Assembly: GCF_006345805.1 (NCBI RefSeq)
Contig: NC_043010.1
Coordinates: forward strand, 36,270,001-36,334,000
Reading direction: 5' to 3'
Source: Octopus sinensis
Lineage: Eukaryota
Length of the DNA: 64,000 nt
In this document: piece after piece, positions 12,613 through 24,645 of the stretch
Position numbering within the stretch: the first letter of the stretch is position 1
Layout of the letters: every line of letters begins with the position of its first letter
Notes under the pieces: model-generated
Told to the model about the DNA's origin: nothing
The model's input: only the letters and a program-made list of their open reading frames with translations
Databases searched by the model: none
Position numbers and translations under genes: made by a program

Positions 12613-12902
12613 GCTGTTGTTTGTTCCTTCTTGAACCATGCCTGGCTGATAAGGGCCAGTTTCCAGGTTCCCCACCTGGACAGGACGCCGGTCCGTCGCA
12701 GGTGAGCTGCAAGATGCAGGAGGAAAGAGTGAGAGAAAGTTGTGGCGAAAGAGTCAGCAGAAGTTCGCCATTACCTTCTGCCGGAGCTGTGTGGAGCATA
12801 GGTGTTTTGCTCATAAACACACACATCACCTGGTCTGAAATTCGAACTCACGATCCCTCGTTCGCGAGTCCGCTGCTCTAACCACTAGGCCATATGCCTC
12901 AA
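12613..12902 (-). mobile_element. Young tRNA(Arg-like)-derived SINE with target-site duplication
   Basis: Minus-strand head GGCATATGGCCTAGTGGTTAGAGCAGCGGACTCGCG...GAGTTCGAATTTC has A- and B-boxes and intact CpGs. Flanked by cattttattaaaat (12599-12612) and catttcattaaaat (12903-12916). Confidence 0.85.
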
Positions 12903-13349
12903 CATTTCATTAAAATAATAGTCATTATTAAGCTGGAGTTTGGAACATGAAATTTTGATGTAAGGTTTTAATTTAGATCACTCTAAAATAGGAAGCTTGT
13001 TTCATACAACCAGGGGTGACCTCAAGCAAGTAGGTATCAAGAGTTAATCCAGATAGACAGACAGACAGACACTGTTATCCAGTCTGGGATTGTTTCACTT
13101 CGATCAACACAAAAGTCCAGCATTTGAGCACATAAAGCTCTGCTGGGTGGGAAGTTTGCACATTTGATAGAGCATTGAACTGAATTTAGTTTTTTTTAAT
13201 CCTACTCGGTTCCTATGTTCAAATCATGTGTAGGTTGACTTTTGAGTGCTGATAAAATAGGTAGCAGGAGTCCTTTGGAAGCAGTTCAGTTTATCGTATC
13301 CCTTTCCCACAAACTAATGGCTTTGTGCCCAAGTAGAAATTAAGGCTGG

Positions 13350-13620
13350 ATGGCAGATTTGGTAGAGCACCGGACAAATGATTTGTGGTGTTGGGTTACA
13401 CTCCAGTTTGTGTTCTCTATCTCCTCACAAAATTATGCCAATGTTAGTGATCATTAATATAAAGTTTGGTGAAATAGAAATTGTGGTATGCCAGACAAAA
13501 TGCCTGTGGTATTTAGTTCAAATCTTGCAAATGCCAACTTTGCCATTTAACCATGCAGTTCCTGAATATTACCACTCCATTTCACCTCAGTTAATGTCTT
13601 TTAGAAAAGTCTGAATATCA
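13350..13620 (+). mobile_element. Degenerate SINE family B copies
   Basis: ggtagagcaccggacaaatg...; ccagacaaaatgcctgtggtattt..., matching the family-B head. Confidence 0.5.
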
Positions 13621-13670
13621 CTCAGTCATAATTTGATCTGCTCTTCTCATCTCATTCTTGTTAAAGAATA

Positions 13671-13722
<52 letters not shown>

Positions 13723-14779
13723 ACTCTCACACACACACACACACACACACTGTTTTCATCTTGGCTGTTATAGTCATAATGTTTCAGCTGTTATACCCTC
13801 CAGCCTTCTTTGGGTATCAGTTATATTCAGTAATGTTTTTGGAATTTGAACCATATCCTTTATTAAATCCATGGGGGTGAACACCAGAGATATTCTTATT
13901 ACTTATTCCTCTGACTAGTGATGCCACTAGCTTCTCCTACTTGAACAAGAATATATGTAGTTTGATTGACACGGGGATTGAACTTGGACCTACTTCCTTA
14001 ACTACTAAATGTAATATTTGATATTCAATCAGCTCTTATATTCACTATCAGGACTAGAGACTCAGTGCCAAAAGCAATTATTGGGTTACTGGAAGTAGGA
14101 GTCAGTGAAAATGTATTGATTCTGACTAAAATGTAAACTCTTATATGTTGAAATTGCCAATATCACAGATGTTAATTTGAGGATTTTTTTTGCAACCAAA
14201 TCAGATTTAAGAGTTATAAAGGAGGATTTGGTAGAAGTAATTCAGTTTCTAAGAACAAATTTATTAGTAGATTAAAAAATTTTTTTTAGTTAACTCTTAA
14301 ACTATATATAAGTTTCTGTTAATAAATTTTGTAGAGATACACTTTTCAATATTTTAAATATAATTTTTAACATATTGCGATCTTCCATGTTACATTCACT
14401 TAAATTCTATTTTATAGCCTTTTGTTAAAAACAGCCTCTTTTCATTTTATTTTATAAGTTTTGTCTGCTGCTTTAATTGTTTGCAACTTCTTAATAACTA
14501 ATATTAAAGAAGGAGACACCCCACCTTCCAATGGTGAAATTGTAGCTTTTAAATCTACACTTTAAAATAGAGTTAAGGTACCAAAAAATTGCCTGACAAT
14601 TCACATTGGTCATGTTAGTTGTATGCTTTCATCCAACGTAAAAAATGTAAGATTAGTCAATTAAACAATTAGAGGAGCCAGTCATTGGTACCAGAAAATG
14701 AGAAATAGAAATCAAATATCTTGTGCATTGATTCCACCGTCTTCTTCATGTCCTGTAATAGTGTGTGTGTGTGTAGATA

Positions 14780-15135
14780 GTACACTAAATGCTTTAGCAT
14801 AGCTGCAGTTGGTTACTTACTGTAGAACCCAAATCTAACGGTAAATGTCTTTGACTTACATTTATTCAGAAGATGGGTAATATATAGGGGTTTGCCTTAA
14901 AACAGAAAAGTGATTGACTGATGGTCCCTTTTCAGAAGATATCGGTGTAGAAAGAGGTTGAGAGTATTGGCAGTGATGAAGAACTGTTAGTTTCTAATCT
15001 GGGCACCTGGTTTTATCCATCGCTTTACAGATGATGAGGATGTTGAGAGCTAGATTTAAAGATAAGGATGAGCTCCAGAGCATTCCACCTCTCTCAGTAA
15101 ATTCAAGCCTATAGTTTTCTGGTTTGTTAATTGAT
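14780..15135 (-). pseudogene. Decayed LINE RT N-terminal remnant
   Basis: Across frameshifts: ILIICKAMDKTRCPD*KL...SQPLSTPIS...HLLNK...VRFGFYSK...SYAKAFSV, paralleling FPDDWK..SQP.NYRPIS..QFGF..DYAKAFDSV. Confidence 0.45.
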
Positions 15136-15424
15136 GTCTGTATCCTTTCCCTTCATTGTTGCTTACTAATTATTGGTGCAATTATTTGATGTAGGATGCA
15201 TTGCAGTATTCAATTATATCCCTCTACATTTTAAGTTAAAATCCAGGAAGGGCTGTCTTTACCATCAAGGGGTCTATCTAATTGACTACTTGGTGGCATG
15301 TTAGAGCATTGAGCAAAACATGTTTCAAAAGTTAGTCATATTGAGACAAAATGCCATTGTATTCATTTATTCATGTTTGGTTAAATAAAACAGTAAGTAG
15401 CAAGTAATATTTAAAAAGGATTGT

Positions 15425-15625
15425 TGGTCTGCAAACAAAATGGAAAAAGTGTTACCGCAGGGAATGGCAAGGGAGATGCACTGAAGCAGCTGCTCTGACC
15501 TCTGGGGCTTTCAGTTGTAGATGGTGATCCCTACTCTGATAGTGGTGAGCAGAGATGTGGCCTGGAGGTCAAGAATGCTGGAGATCTCCACTGCCACAAG
15601 CTTGATCACAAATCTGTCAGAGTGG
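15425..15625 (-). pseudogene. C-terminal remnant of a restriction-like-endonuclease (CRE/NeSL-type) non-LTR retrotransposon
   Basis: FVIKLVAVEISSILDLQATSLLTTIRVGITIYN*KPQRSEQLLQCISLAIPCGNTFSILF resembles the F.P.AVET.G......L.QRISLAIQRGNA.SIL tail of REL-type ORFs. Confidence 0.6.
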
Positions 15626-16122
15626 CCAATACTTCGATAGTTTATTTATTTTATATCACAGTTTGTGAACAAAAACATTGCTTATGGGTTTTCTAATGAG
15701 GTTAATCACTGATTTACAGTATTTCTTATCACAAAAGTAGCTAGACAGTATCTTCAACTCTGTGGACTTTACTCAATGAGCTCTGCTTTTTTGTTGATGT
15801 TTACATACATTCTTTGTCTATATATATATATAGTGAAATATAAACATATACACACAAGTCTTTTGCACAATTTCTGTCTGCTGTATTCCATTTATGAAGT
15901 GTTGCTTAACTTGAATTCATTACAAACGGTACTTGCCCAAAATGTGCAGTGTGATCAAAGCTGGAACCACACAGTTGCAAAACAAGATTCATAACTACTC
16001 AACCATAACTGTATCCATCCTTTTCCATTCTGAGTTCAAAGCCCGTCTGAGGTTGATAGAATTCATACCAAGTAGGTTGTTTTAACCAACTATATCTGTC
16101 TTTTGAATTTGAAAAATTATTT

Positions 16123-16460
16123 AGGTAGGGGGGCTCCAAAAGACGTCTCAGGGGTAGCATCCCTGCCTTCCTGAGCTAGTTTCCCACCACATTTCTTAAA
16201 AATCATGGTAGAGGCCTTGGTCTTGGGACCACTCATGTCTAGAAACTGAAGTTGGAGGTAAGCAAGGGCATGCTCCCCATAAAAAATCCAGCTAAAAAAA
16301 AAACAAAAAAAAAACACTTGATATTTACTATCACCAGCCAGCCCAAAGGTTGGGGTGGGCTGCACCTGCCTACCTTGGTTGCTATGGCATTGAGGTAGAT
16401 CCGCCCACCCCTCATTAACGAGTCAAAACCTGGATTTAAAACACTGGATGATGATGATGA
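16123..16460 (+). mobile_element. ~340 bp repeat with (GAT)n tail, probably RTE-derived, copy 1
   Basis: Aligns by eye with 22705-23052; ends acctggatttaaaacactggatgatgatgat. Confidence 0.7.
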
Positions 16461-16539
16461 TTGGTAGAATTGAGGTTGAGAGATTAGTAGAATCAAAGAA
16501 TCAAGGGTAGGAGATTGGCAGAATCAAGGGTAGGAGATT

Positions 16540-16745
16540 GGCAGAATCATTGGAATATTGGTTGACTGCCTTGCAGTATTTGTTCTGGTTATTTACATCT
16601 CAAGTTCAAATCTCACCGAGGTCAACTTTGCCTTTCACCCCTCTGAGAGTCAATAAAATAAAATCACCTGTCAAGCTCTGGGGTTGATTCAATCGACTAA
16701 TTCCCTCCAGCAAAATTTTTGGCCCTTTGCCGATGTAAGAAATTA
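16540..16745 (+). mobile_element. SINE family B
   Basis: agttcaaatctcaccgaggtcaactttgcctttcaccc...aaattttggccc. Confidence 0.75.
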
Positions 16746-17210
16746 TTTTTGCTGCTGCTGCTGTGATTCCTGTAACTGCTGTTGGAATTTCCTCTACTAC
16801 TATTACTGCTGCTAGCCAGTGTCCTTTGCAACCTTTCCTTGTATGACAGGATAATTCCCACTAGATGTATTTGTTAACTCACTGACATTTTTCTACTCCT
16901 CAGTTCTCTTTACAGGGTTGGGGGCTGGGGTGTAAAATAAAAAAGGTCAAGTGATCTACAGATTGAGGTAAACTCTGCCGCCACCACCATTAATAGCTGA
17001 TAGATTAAATCTTTTTAAAAAGCAGCAGCTGAGGTGTAGAGTTGCTGTGTAGGGTTGGTCACAGGAAATCTTATGCGTTTTCTATAAATAGAATCTATAT
17101 TATTTTTCTTTGCTTCTGCTAGAGAGAGAGAGAGAGAGTGGGGAGAGAAAAGAGGGGCTTGTCTAACTCGCTCTGTTTTTTTTTCCAGAGGTGTATTTTG
17201 TCCATGTCTC

Positions 17211-17257
<47 letters not shown>

Positions 17258-17317
17258 CAAATACTTGACTTTCCTCATAATCTGACAATTGATATTAATG
17301 ATATTAGGGTGTGTGTG

Positions 17318-17353
<36 letters not shown>

Positions 17354-17719
17354 CAGGGTAATAAAAATTTTTTAGTCAACAGACTATATATTATTCATAT
17401 AAATACAGTACATTTAAACACATAAGAGGTATCCATCATAGGATTCCTGGCATGCTAGAAGGAACAGCCAAAATGCAACTGTGATTCCAGCTTTGATCAC
17501 ACTAGAATCCTATGATGGATACTTTTTATGTGTTTAAATGTACACTGTACGTGTGTATATATATATAATATTGCTACCTTGTCATAGGGAAATATCCAAT
17601 ATCTAAAGTAAATTTAAAATCAAAAATTGAAGATATTCAGCTCTAGTTTACAACAATGACTATAAAAAATAAATACGATATTAAAAAAAAAAAAGGAACC
17701 AAACCAGATTACAATATGA

Positions 17720-17935
17720 AAGGTGGTGAGCTGGACAAATTACTTCAGAGTATTTTGCCCATCGCTACATACTGAGTTCAAATTCTGTCAAGATCGACTT
17801 TGCCTTTCCTCCTTTCAAGGTTTATAAAATAAATACCAGTTGAATACTGGGAGGGGGGGTGTCGATGAAATCGACTCATCCCCTCCCCCAAAATTGCTGT
17901 CCTTGTGGCAAAATTTGAAACCATTATTACAATAT
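17720..17935 (+). mobile_element. SINE family B
   Basis: ctgagttcaaattctgtcaagatcgactttgcctttcc...ccttgtggcaaaatttgaaaccattatt. Confidence 0.8.
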
Positions 17936-18244
17936 GCTTTTATTTTTCTGTATTTTCTAGCAAATTGGTATATAATGATGAAAGTTTACGAATCCCACAA
18001 AAGCAAAAACTAAATGTAAGTTTCTTTTTCTTTCATTATTTTGTATTTTTTATACCTGACTCTGTATCTGTTCTGGCAGTGGTAGAGTCGATGGAGTGTC
18101 AAACAAAATACCCTGTTGTATTTAGGTCTACCTAAAGTCTCCTTTGTTTTTCAATCCTTCTTTGATCAGGGAAAAATAAGTATGGAGGGATTGGGGATTT
18201 TGATGTAATTTGCCTTCTACCAAAACACAGTAAAAGAATAAAAG

Positions 18245-18460
18245 AAATAGTCCTCATTCCAAATTGCTAAGTTACAAGGACGTAAACAAACCAACACCAG
18301 TTGTGAAGGATAAACACAAAGACATGCTCCTACATAAATATATATACAATGAGCTTCCACCAAATTCACTCACAAGGCTTTTGTAGAAAATGCCCAAAGT
18401 GCCACACAGTGGGATTGAACCCAAAACTACATGATTATAATTTATGCAAACATGCCTGTA
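18245..18460 (-). mobile_element. SINE family A (degenerate)
   Basis: gctaagttacaaggacgtaaac...cactcacaaggc...gtgggattgaaccc. Confidence 0.7.
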
Positions 18461-18499
18461 TTTTTTTTTTCCTACATTTTATCTGGGTTTGAATAATTT

Positions 18500-18815
18500 A
18501 ATCTACTTTCTGAACTTGCTTCCCAACCACATGGTTCCGAGTTCAGCCCCATTGTGTGGCACCTTGGGCAAGTATCTTCTATAACTTTGGGCTGACCAAA
18601 GCCTTGTGAATGGATTTGGGAGATAGAAACTGGAAGAAGCCCATTGTGTGTGTGTGTGTGTGTCTTTGTGTCTGTCCTCCACCACTGCTTGACAACTGTT
18701 GTTGTTGGTGTGTTTATGTTCCCATAACTTAGTAGTTCAGCAAAAAAGGCTAATAGAATAATTACCAGGCTTAGCAAAATAAATAAATAAATAAAATACT
18801 GGGGTTGAAATCACC
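18500..18815 (+). mobile_element. SINE family A, interrupted by TIR element (remainder at ~20069-20115)
   Basis: Head and body to ...ctggggttga; the missing continuation cttcaaggttgtgccccagcatggcc appears right after 20069. Confidence 0.75.
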
Positions 18816-18816
18816 A

Positions 18817-20069
18817 AAACTGATTTATAAAATAATCATCCCCCTTTAATTTTGCTCAGAATGCTTTCAATTTTGGTGTATCGAAGCAACTCTGAATTTT
18901 GATTATGATCAACCAATTATCGTGGAATAGAGAAACTGTGGGCGATACTGATAATTTGACATTATTTTTGAATTCTGCATGCAAAAATATACAAAATACT
19001 GGTATTCTTTTTCTTTATTGACCAGTGTTATTCATATTGTAGTTTACAAATCCAAGCATGAAAACATAACTCAACTTTGAAGTTTTGGAGACAGACACCC
19101 CCTTTTCACACACACACATACACACATATATGAATGCATAAATATAAATATAAACTTATATATGAATACATACACCCACATGCACTTATATATTAATGAT
19201 GTACACAAATACATGACAGGTATACATAATACTGAAATACACATAAACACATGCAGACAAATATATTAATATGACAAATTAATATAAAACAATGAAAACA
19301 TACAGGCGCAGGAGTGGCTGTGTGGTAAGTAGCTTTCTAACCAACCACATGGTTCCGGGTTCAGTCCCACTGCGTGGCATCTTGGGCAAGTGTCTTCTGC
19401 TATAGCCTCGGGCTGACCAATGCCTTGTGAGTGGATTTGGTAGACGGAAACTGAAAGAAGCCTGTCGTATATATGTATATATATATAAGTGTATGTGTTT
19501 GTGTGTCTGTGTTTGTTCCCCTAGCATTGTTTGACAACCAATGCTGGTGTGTTTACGTCCCCGTCACTTAGCAGTTCGGCAAAAGAGACCGTTAGAATAA
19601 GTACTGGGCTTACAAAGAATAAGTCCCGGGGTCGATTTGCTCGACTAAAGGCGGTGCTCCAGCATGGCCACAGTCAAATGACTGAAACAAGTAAAAGAGT
19701 AAAGAGTATACAAAACACTATAGAAATCAATGAAGAGACAAAAGAGACAGTAAGATGATACATGTTGATTTTATTAGGTATTTCTGTTTATTTAGAAACC
19801 TACAATGAACAGGTCATTTCACAGGCCCTAAACTATAAATTTCATAGGGTACAACATTACTAAACGTAGAGAATTTCTGTCTTGCTATTGGTTAAAAATT
19901 AGTTTTTTTTTCAATTTTTAAACCTCTGTAACTTTTTCCTCCAATTTTTTTCTCCACATCATGCCATCATAGCAACAAGAGTGGAAAACTACATTAATAT
20001 AGCCGATTCTCAGATTTTTTACTGTCTTTAAAAAAAATGCAGATTTTGTGAATCAGTTTAACTAGATCC
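18817..20069. mobile_element. ~1 kb TIR DNA transposon, copy 2 (contains a SINE insertion)
   Basis: Long colinear matches to 710-1748 (e.g. gacattatttttgaattctgcatgcaaaaa; atcaatgaagagacaaaaga). Right end ...attttgtgaatcagtttaactagatcc. Confidence 0.75.
19305..19706 (+). mobile_element. Full-length young SINE family A (tRNA head, CORE-like segment, internal TA/TG linker, 3' tail)
   Basis: A-box TGGCTGTGTGG, B-box GGTTCAGTCCC, CORE-like CTTGGGCAAGTGTCTT, tail GAAACAAGTAAAAGAGTAAAGAG; most CpGs intact. Confidence 0.92.
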
Positions 20070-20766
20070 CTTCAAGGTTGTGCCCCAGCATGGCCACAGT
20101 CTGAAACAAATAAGATATAGTATCTGCCTGTGGAGTTTTTCAAGTAAGGTGTATATTTTATTTCAGTGTATTTGCTCTTATCTTATGAACAACTTGTCTC
20201 TCTCTTTGTACCACTGTGTGTGGTGACCACCATTGTAGATAGATAATCTCCACCTTCCATTTCACCATACCAAGGAATGATTAGTCATATATAAGTAGTG
20301 GTGATTAAAAAAAAGAAAAGAAAACAGCTGACTTCTGTGACTTCTAATGGTAACCTCTTTCTCCTCCCCTCTCCTTCTTAGACATGTGCTGTGTATTTCT
20401 GTGTGTACATGTGCTGTATCAGGAACAGTACAGGGTGTGTATGGTATCCTTTTTATGTTAGGTCATGAAAAATATCTGGGTGTGATGTACTGAACACACT
20501 CAATATATACATTTACTGGCATAAACACACACACACAGTTTTATACAGCAAGCCATGTGATAGGAGCATAATTATAATGAATGTAACTCCTCTATAGTCT
20601 GCCAGCTGTTTTTATGGTAAATTTCTGGGCATTCCCATTTTTTTTTTTTTTTTTTTGATTTGTATCACAGTGGGTTGTGGAGTTTACAGTTGTGGCAAAT
20701 TTTCCTTTTCTTTCAATAACCAGCTGTACAAGTACCAATGACCATCTGTGTGTGTGTGTGTGTGTG

Positions 20767-20798
<32 letters not shown>

Positions 20799-21289
20799 CT
20801 CCTTTTTCTATTTTAGTTAAAAAAATGTCTTTTGTTCAAGTCCAGTCTGGGATTGTACAGATATATGAATAAGACGATTAATAGCAGAAATTAAATCATT
20901 GAAACATAGTGTAAATGCAAATTCTGTAAATATACACTCTAAAGATGAGGTCAGTAGTCTCAAAAATAATAATCTTTTTAACAGCTCATCTCAGGCATGT
21001 AATTTCTTTATATTCATATGAAAACAAAAGCATAACTTAAAAAAGTGGAAATGGTTTAAAGATATCAGTTTATAGTGGTTCTGTACATCTGAATTCAAAT
21101 TGTATGCTATTAAATGCACAAATGTCACAGTTTATTGTTATAACCCTTTTATGACCATATTTCTAATAAAACATAACTGCTTTTGAAAGTAATTAAGTAT
21201 TTGGTTAGTCTACTATACTCTGTAAGGAGCATAGGGCAGGCTTTCTGTTTTCTCTGGTGTACATGTCCCTTTCTGGACAGTCTGTTGTG

Positions 21290-21432
21290 TGATTACTAAT
21301 TGTTACCAGCTGAGTGGACTGGAGCAACATGAAATGAAGTGTTTTGCTGAAGAACACAATGCATCACCTAGTCCAGGAATTGAAACCACAATCCTATTTT
21401 TGTGAGTTCAATACCCTTGTCACTAAGCCATA
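21290..21432 (-). mobile_element. tRNA/CORE SINE family C fragment
   Basis: Minus strand ATGGCTTAGTG...GAACTCAC...TTCAGCAAAACACTTCATTTCATGTTGCTCCAGTCCACTCAGCTGG; related copies at 37513-37800 and 61150-61425. Confidence 0.65.
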
Positions 21433-21726
21433 AAATAAGTTCCATTTCTAAGATGGTGTTTCAGTGACTTAAAAAGAGATGCTTATATCAGAGAGTTCAA
21501 ATTTTTTTAGAATATCTACATCTGAAACTAGTATAGTTATTTCAGATAGTAAAAGTAGATTTTACTTTTAGCCAGTTGGATTTGAACTTAGGCTTAGTTC
21601 CAAGTTGAATAGTTTCAAAATAGTTAAGACACTGCCACCAGTTAATAGAAGTGCTAAAAAATGGGACTATGGTTAGTATTTAGCTTTACCATATTCATTC
21701 TGAGTTGACTGTTTATGATGATAATT

Positions 21727-21768
<42 letters not shown>

Positions 21769-22704
21769 CTCTAATTATAATAACTGCGACAAAATAATGT
21801 GTTTTACTTAAGGCATTGATATTTCAGCATATAGATAAGAAAAGCCACCATTTAATCTGATGTTAAAGAAAAAATATATTTATTCTGTATTCTTATTTAA
21901 CAAAACTCTGCTCTTCAAATGGGAAGAAACCAACTGTTATATGTCACACACAGACTGTACGGCAAGGCTGTGAGTAGGCTTCACTATTTAAATTATGCAA
22001 TTAGCTGTTGATAGTCAAGAAGCACATGGTGATTGTTAATCTCTGGTTGCAGTAGCCTAATAAGTACTGCATATTTAACATCTAGTTGCTGATGTTTCTA
22101 GCAAAAACCTCAATAGAAATCACATATTGTATATTTTGGCAGCTGTCAAGATGCCTTTTAATAGAAGAGGCTGCCATGTTCTTGTTTGTACTCTCGGATG
22201 CATAAATGCAACAAGTGGCTGGTACTTCCTTTGTAAAATTTGTTATATTTTGACACCTTCGATAGAGTACATTATGTAAGCTCTAAAACATTTGTTTGGT
22301 ATTTCCAATCTAGCAGTTTGCCTGTGTATATTTTGTCTGCATAAGAGGTTCATTTTTTTTCTTTTTCTTTTTTTTTAACATGTAGCTTTTCATAGACATT
22401 TCCCAAATGGGTAAGTTATATGTTAGGAAGAATTGTTATTCATGAAAAAGTGGTTGAATCGCAGAGTCGTAAGACAAAATACCTTATGGTATTTGTTCCA
22501 GCACTAACATATCCAAGAAAATGTCAGCATTGTCTTTCATTTTGTTTCTCATCTCTCTGGAATAGATTGGATTGATTAAATCTTCTTCACACACAATTGT
22601 GGCTCTTTGTGTCATCGAAAAGTGGTAAAGACCTAATGAGGGAATTAAACTGAGCAACGATTAAACCTGCCCTCCAAGAGCAAATACATTCCATTGCAGG
22701 AATA

Positions 22705-23052
22705 GTAGGGGGGGCTCTGAAAGGGGTCTCAGAGAGAAGCGTCCCTGCCTTCCTGAGCTAGTTTTCCACCACATTTCTTAAAAATCATGGTAGAGGCCTT
22801 GGTCTTGGACCACTCATGTCTAGAAACTGTGGTTGGGGGTAAGCATAGGCATGCCCCCTGTAGAAAATCCAGCCCCCCCCCCCCCCGGCCTCCTGATAGC
22901 AAAGGAGAATGGGCACCAGCCAGCCAGCCAGCAAGCCCAAAGGTTGGGTTGGCTGCACCTGCCTACCTCGGTTGCTATGGCATTGAGGTAGATCCGGCCA
23001 CCCCTGTTGATGGGGACAAAACCTGGATTTAAAACACTGGATGAGGATGATG
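22705..23052 (+). mobile_element. ~340 bp repeat with (GAT)n tail, copy 2
   Basis: Aligns with 16123-16460. Confidence 0.7.
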
Positions 23053-23124
23053 CAACTTGATTTCACTCACAAGATTTGAATCAATCTGAAGCTATGAGAG
23101 GTGTTGTAGTGTGATTACATCCAA

Positions 23125-23435
23125 TATTTTTATCTTTTACTTTTTTCAGTCATTTGAGTGTGGCCATACTGGGGCACTGCCTTGAATTTTAGACAAATGA
23201 ATCGACCCTAGTACTTTATTTTTAAAAACCTGGTACTTATTCTATCATCTCTTTTGCCGAACTGCCAGGTTACAGGGAAACAAACACACCAACACTGGTT
23301 ATCAAGTGGTGATGGTGTGGGACAAACACGAAGACACACACAGATATATACACAGCAGGCCTCTTTTGATTTCTGTCTACTAAATTCACTCACAAGGCTT
23401 TGGTTGGCCTCTTGCCACACAACCATGCCTGCACT
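23125..23435 (-). mobile_element. SINE family A
   Basis: tcagtcatttgagtgtggccatactgggg...cactcacaaggctttggttggcc. Confidence 0.8.
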
Positions 23436-24194
23436 TATATGATTGCAGAGTAGAAGTCTTCACTACATGACCATGTCTGTGGTTATTTAATGATGGGTTA
23501 AGTTTGTTAGTTGTTGATAGAAAAGCAAAATAACTCCGCCAGCTTCCTCAGATGCATTTTTGATATTCGGCGGGTGGGGTGATTATGGAATTTTTTTCAT
23601 TGATTTTCTTTCCAGAAATTAAAAAGAACATTTTTTTTTTAGCATTTTGAAAATGGTGTATCTGGTGGCCCCTTTTGGGGAATGGATTGTCAATTTTCTG
23701 ATTGAGATTCTTGTACAGGTTCCACTCAAGTAGAATACTTTACAATGTTTTACACACACACACTCTCTTTCTCTCTCTTTCTCCAATCAATCAACTTGGA
23801 ATTAAAACATGTCAAGTACTTTGTATGACTTACATAGAAAGTTAGTTTAGCAGAAAGGTAGGTTAAAGATAGAGTGACCTCCATAGTGGTGAATGGGTGA
23901 GTGTGGGAGGTCTTAAAATATCTTTTCAGTACCTGGGTGTGAGAGGGAATGTGATGGGGAGGAGGGAGGAATGCATAGTGTTAGAAGCAGAGAGGAACAT
24001 TATCCCCAACATGGTCTGAGAATGTGTGTGCGTGCGTTTTATATGTAATGTATGTATGTGTTATAGATGTGTTACATGATGAGAAATTTGCTGTAAAGGT
24101 ACTTACAATTCCCAATTTGCTAGCTGGGAATAGACTTACCTGAAGAATGCTCTCAAGTCAGACAGTTAGAGGAGTCATGTGTATTATTTATCTT

Positions 24195-24448
24195 TCATCT
24201 TTTACTTGTTTCTGCCATTAGATTGTGGCCATGCTGGTGCACTGTGTTCAAGAATTTTTTTCTTTTTAGTTGACTGAATCAGCCCCAGTTTTTTTTTTTT
24301 AAGCTTGGTACTTATTCTGGGATCTTTTTGTTGAACACACCAACATCCATTGTCAAAGTGGTGGGGACAAACACCTACGTGTGTGAGACCAAAGACACGT
24401 GAGTAGATTTGGTAGACAATAATTGAAAGAGGCCTGCCATATATATAT

Positions 24449-24481
<33 letters not shown>

Positions 24482-24645
24482 GGCAGGCTCCTTTCAGTTA
24501 TTGTCTACCAAATCCACTCATCTGTCTTTGGTCAGCCCAAGGCTATTGTAGAAGATACTTGTCCAAAGTGCCATGCAGTGGGACTGAACTGAGAACCATG
24601 TGGTTGGGAAGCAAGCTTTTCATCACACATTCACACCTGCACCTG
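24195..24645 (-). mobile_element. SINE family A
   Basis: Full block order present, with a (TA)n linker at ~24440-24480. Confidence 0.85.

Noticed and set aside
12640-12660. ctgataagggc resembles the 3' part of miR-184
   Set aside because: It lacks the seed and a precursor hairpin, and lies within a SINE tail.
12841-12900. tRNA gene
   Set aside because: It continues into a SINE body with TSDs and lacks a proper acceptor stem and terminator; this is a SINE head.
14713-14895. Minus-strand exon pair GKPLYITHLLNKCKSKTFTVRFGFY / RHEEDGGINAQDI* with good splice sites
   Set aside because: It sits colinearly within a run of LINE RT motifs (WK...PIS...FGF...YAKAF), so a retroelement remnant is more parsimonious. 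Not fully excluded.
16916-20460. Strong plus-strand acceptors at 16916 and 20382 (also 62343)
   Set aside because: Reading frames closed or donors weak. They could be non-coding exons, but sequence alone gives no support beyond chance.
13076-20853. Shared 15-mer tccagtctgggattg at ~13076 and ~20839
   Set aside because: Short isolated match with no flanking homology; chance or an ancient repeat fragment.
24095-24165. Minus-strand ttcttcag|gtaagt ratchet-like site and a second gtaagt donor 33 nt away
   Set aside because: AG dinucleotides within the pyrimidine tract, all upstream frames closed, and opposite to the inferred transcription direction.
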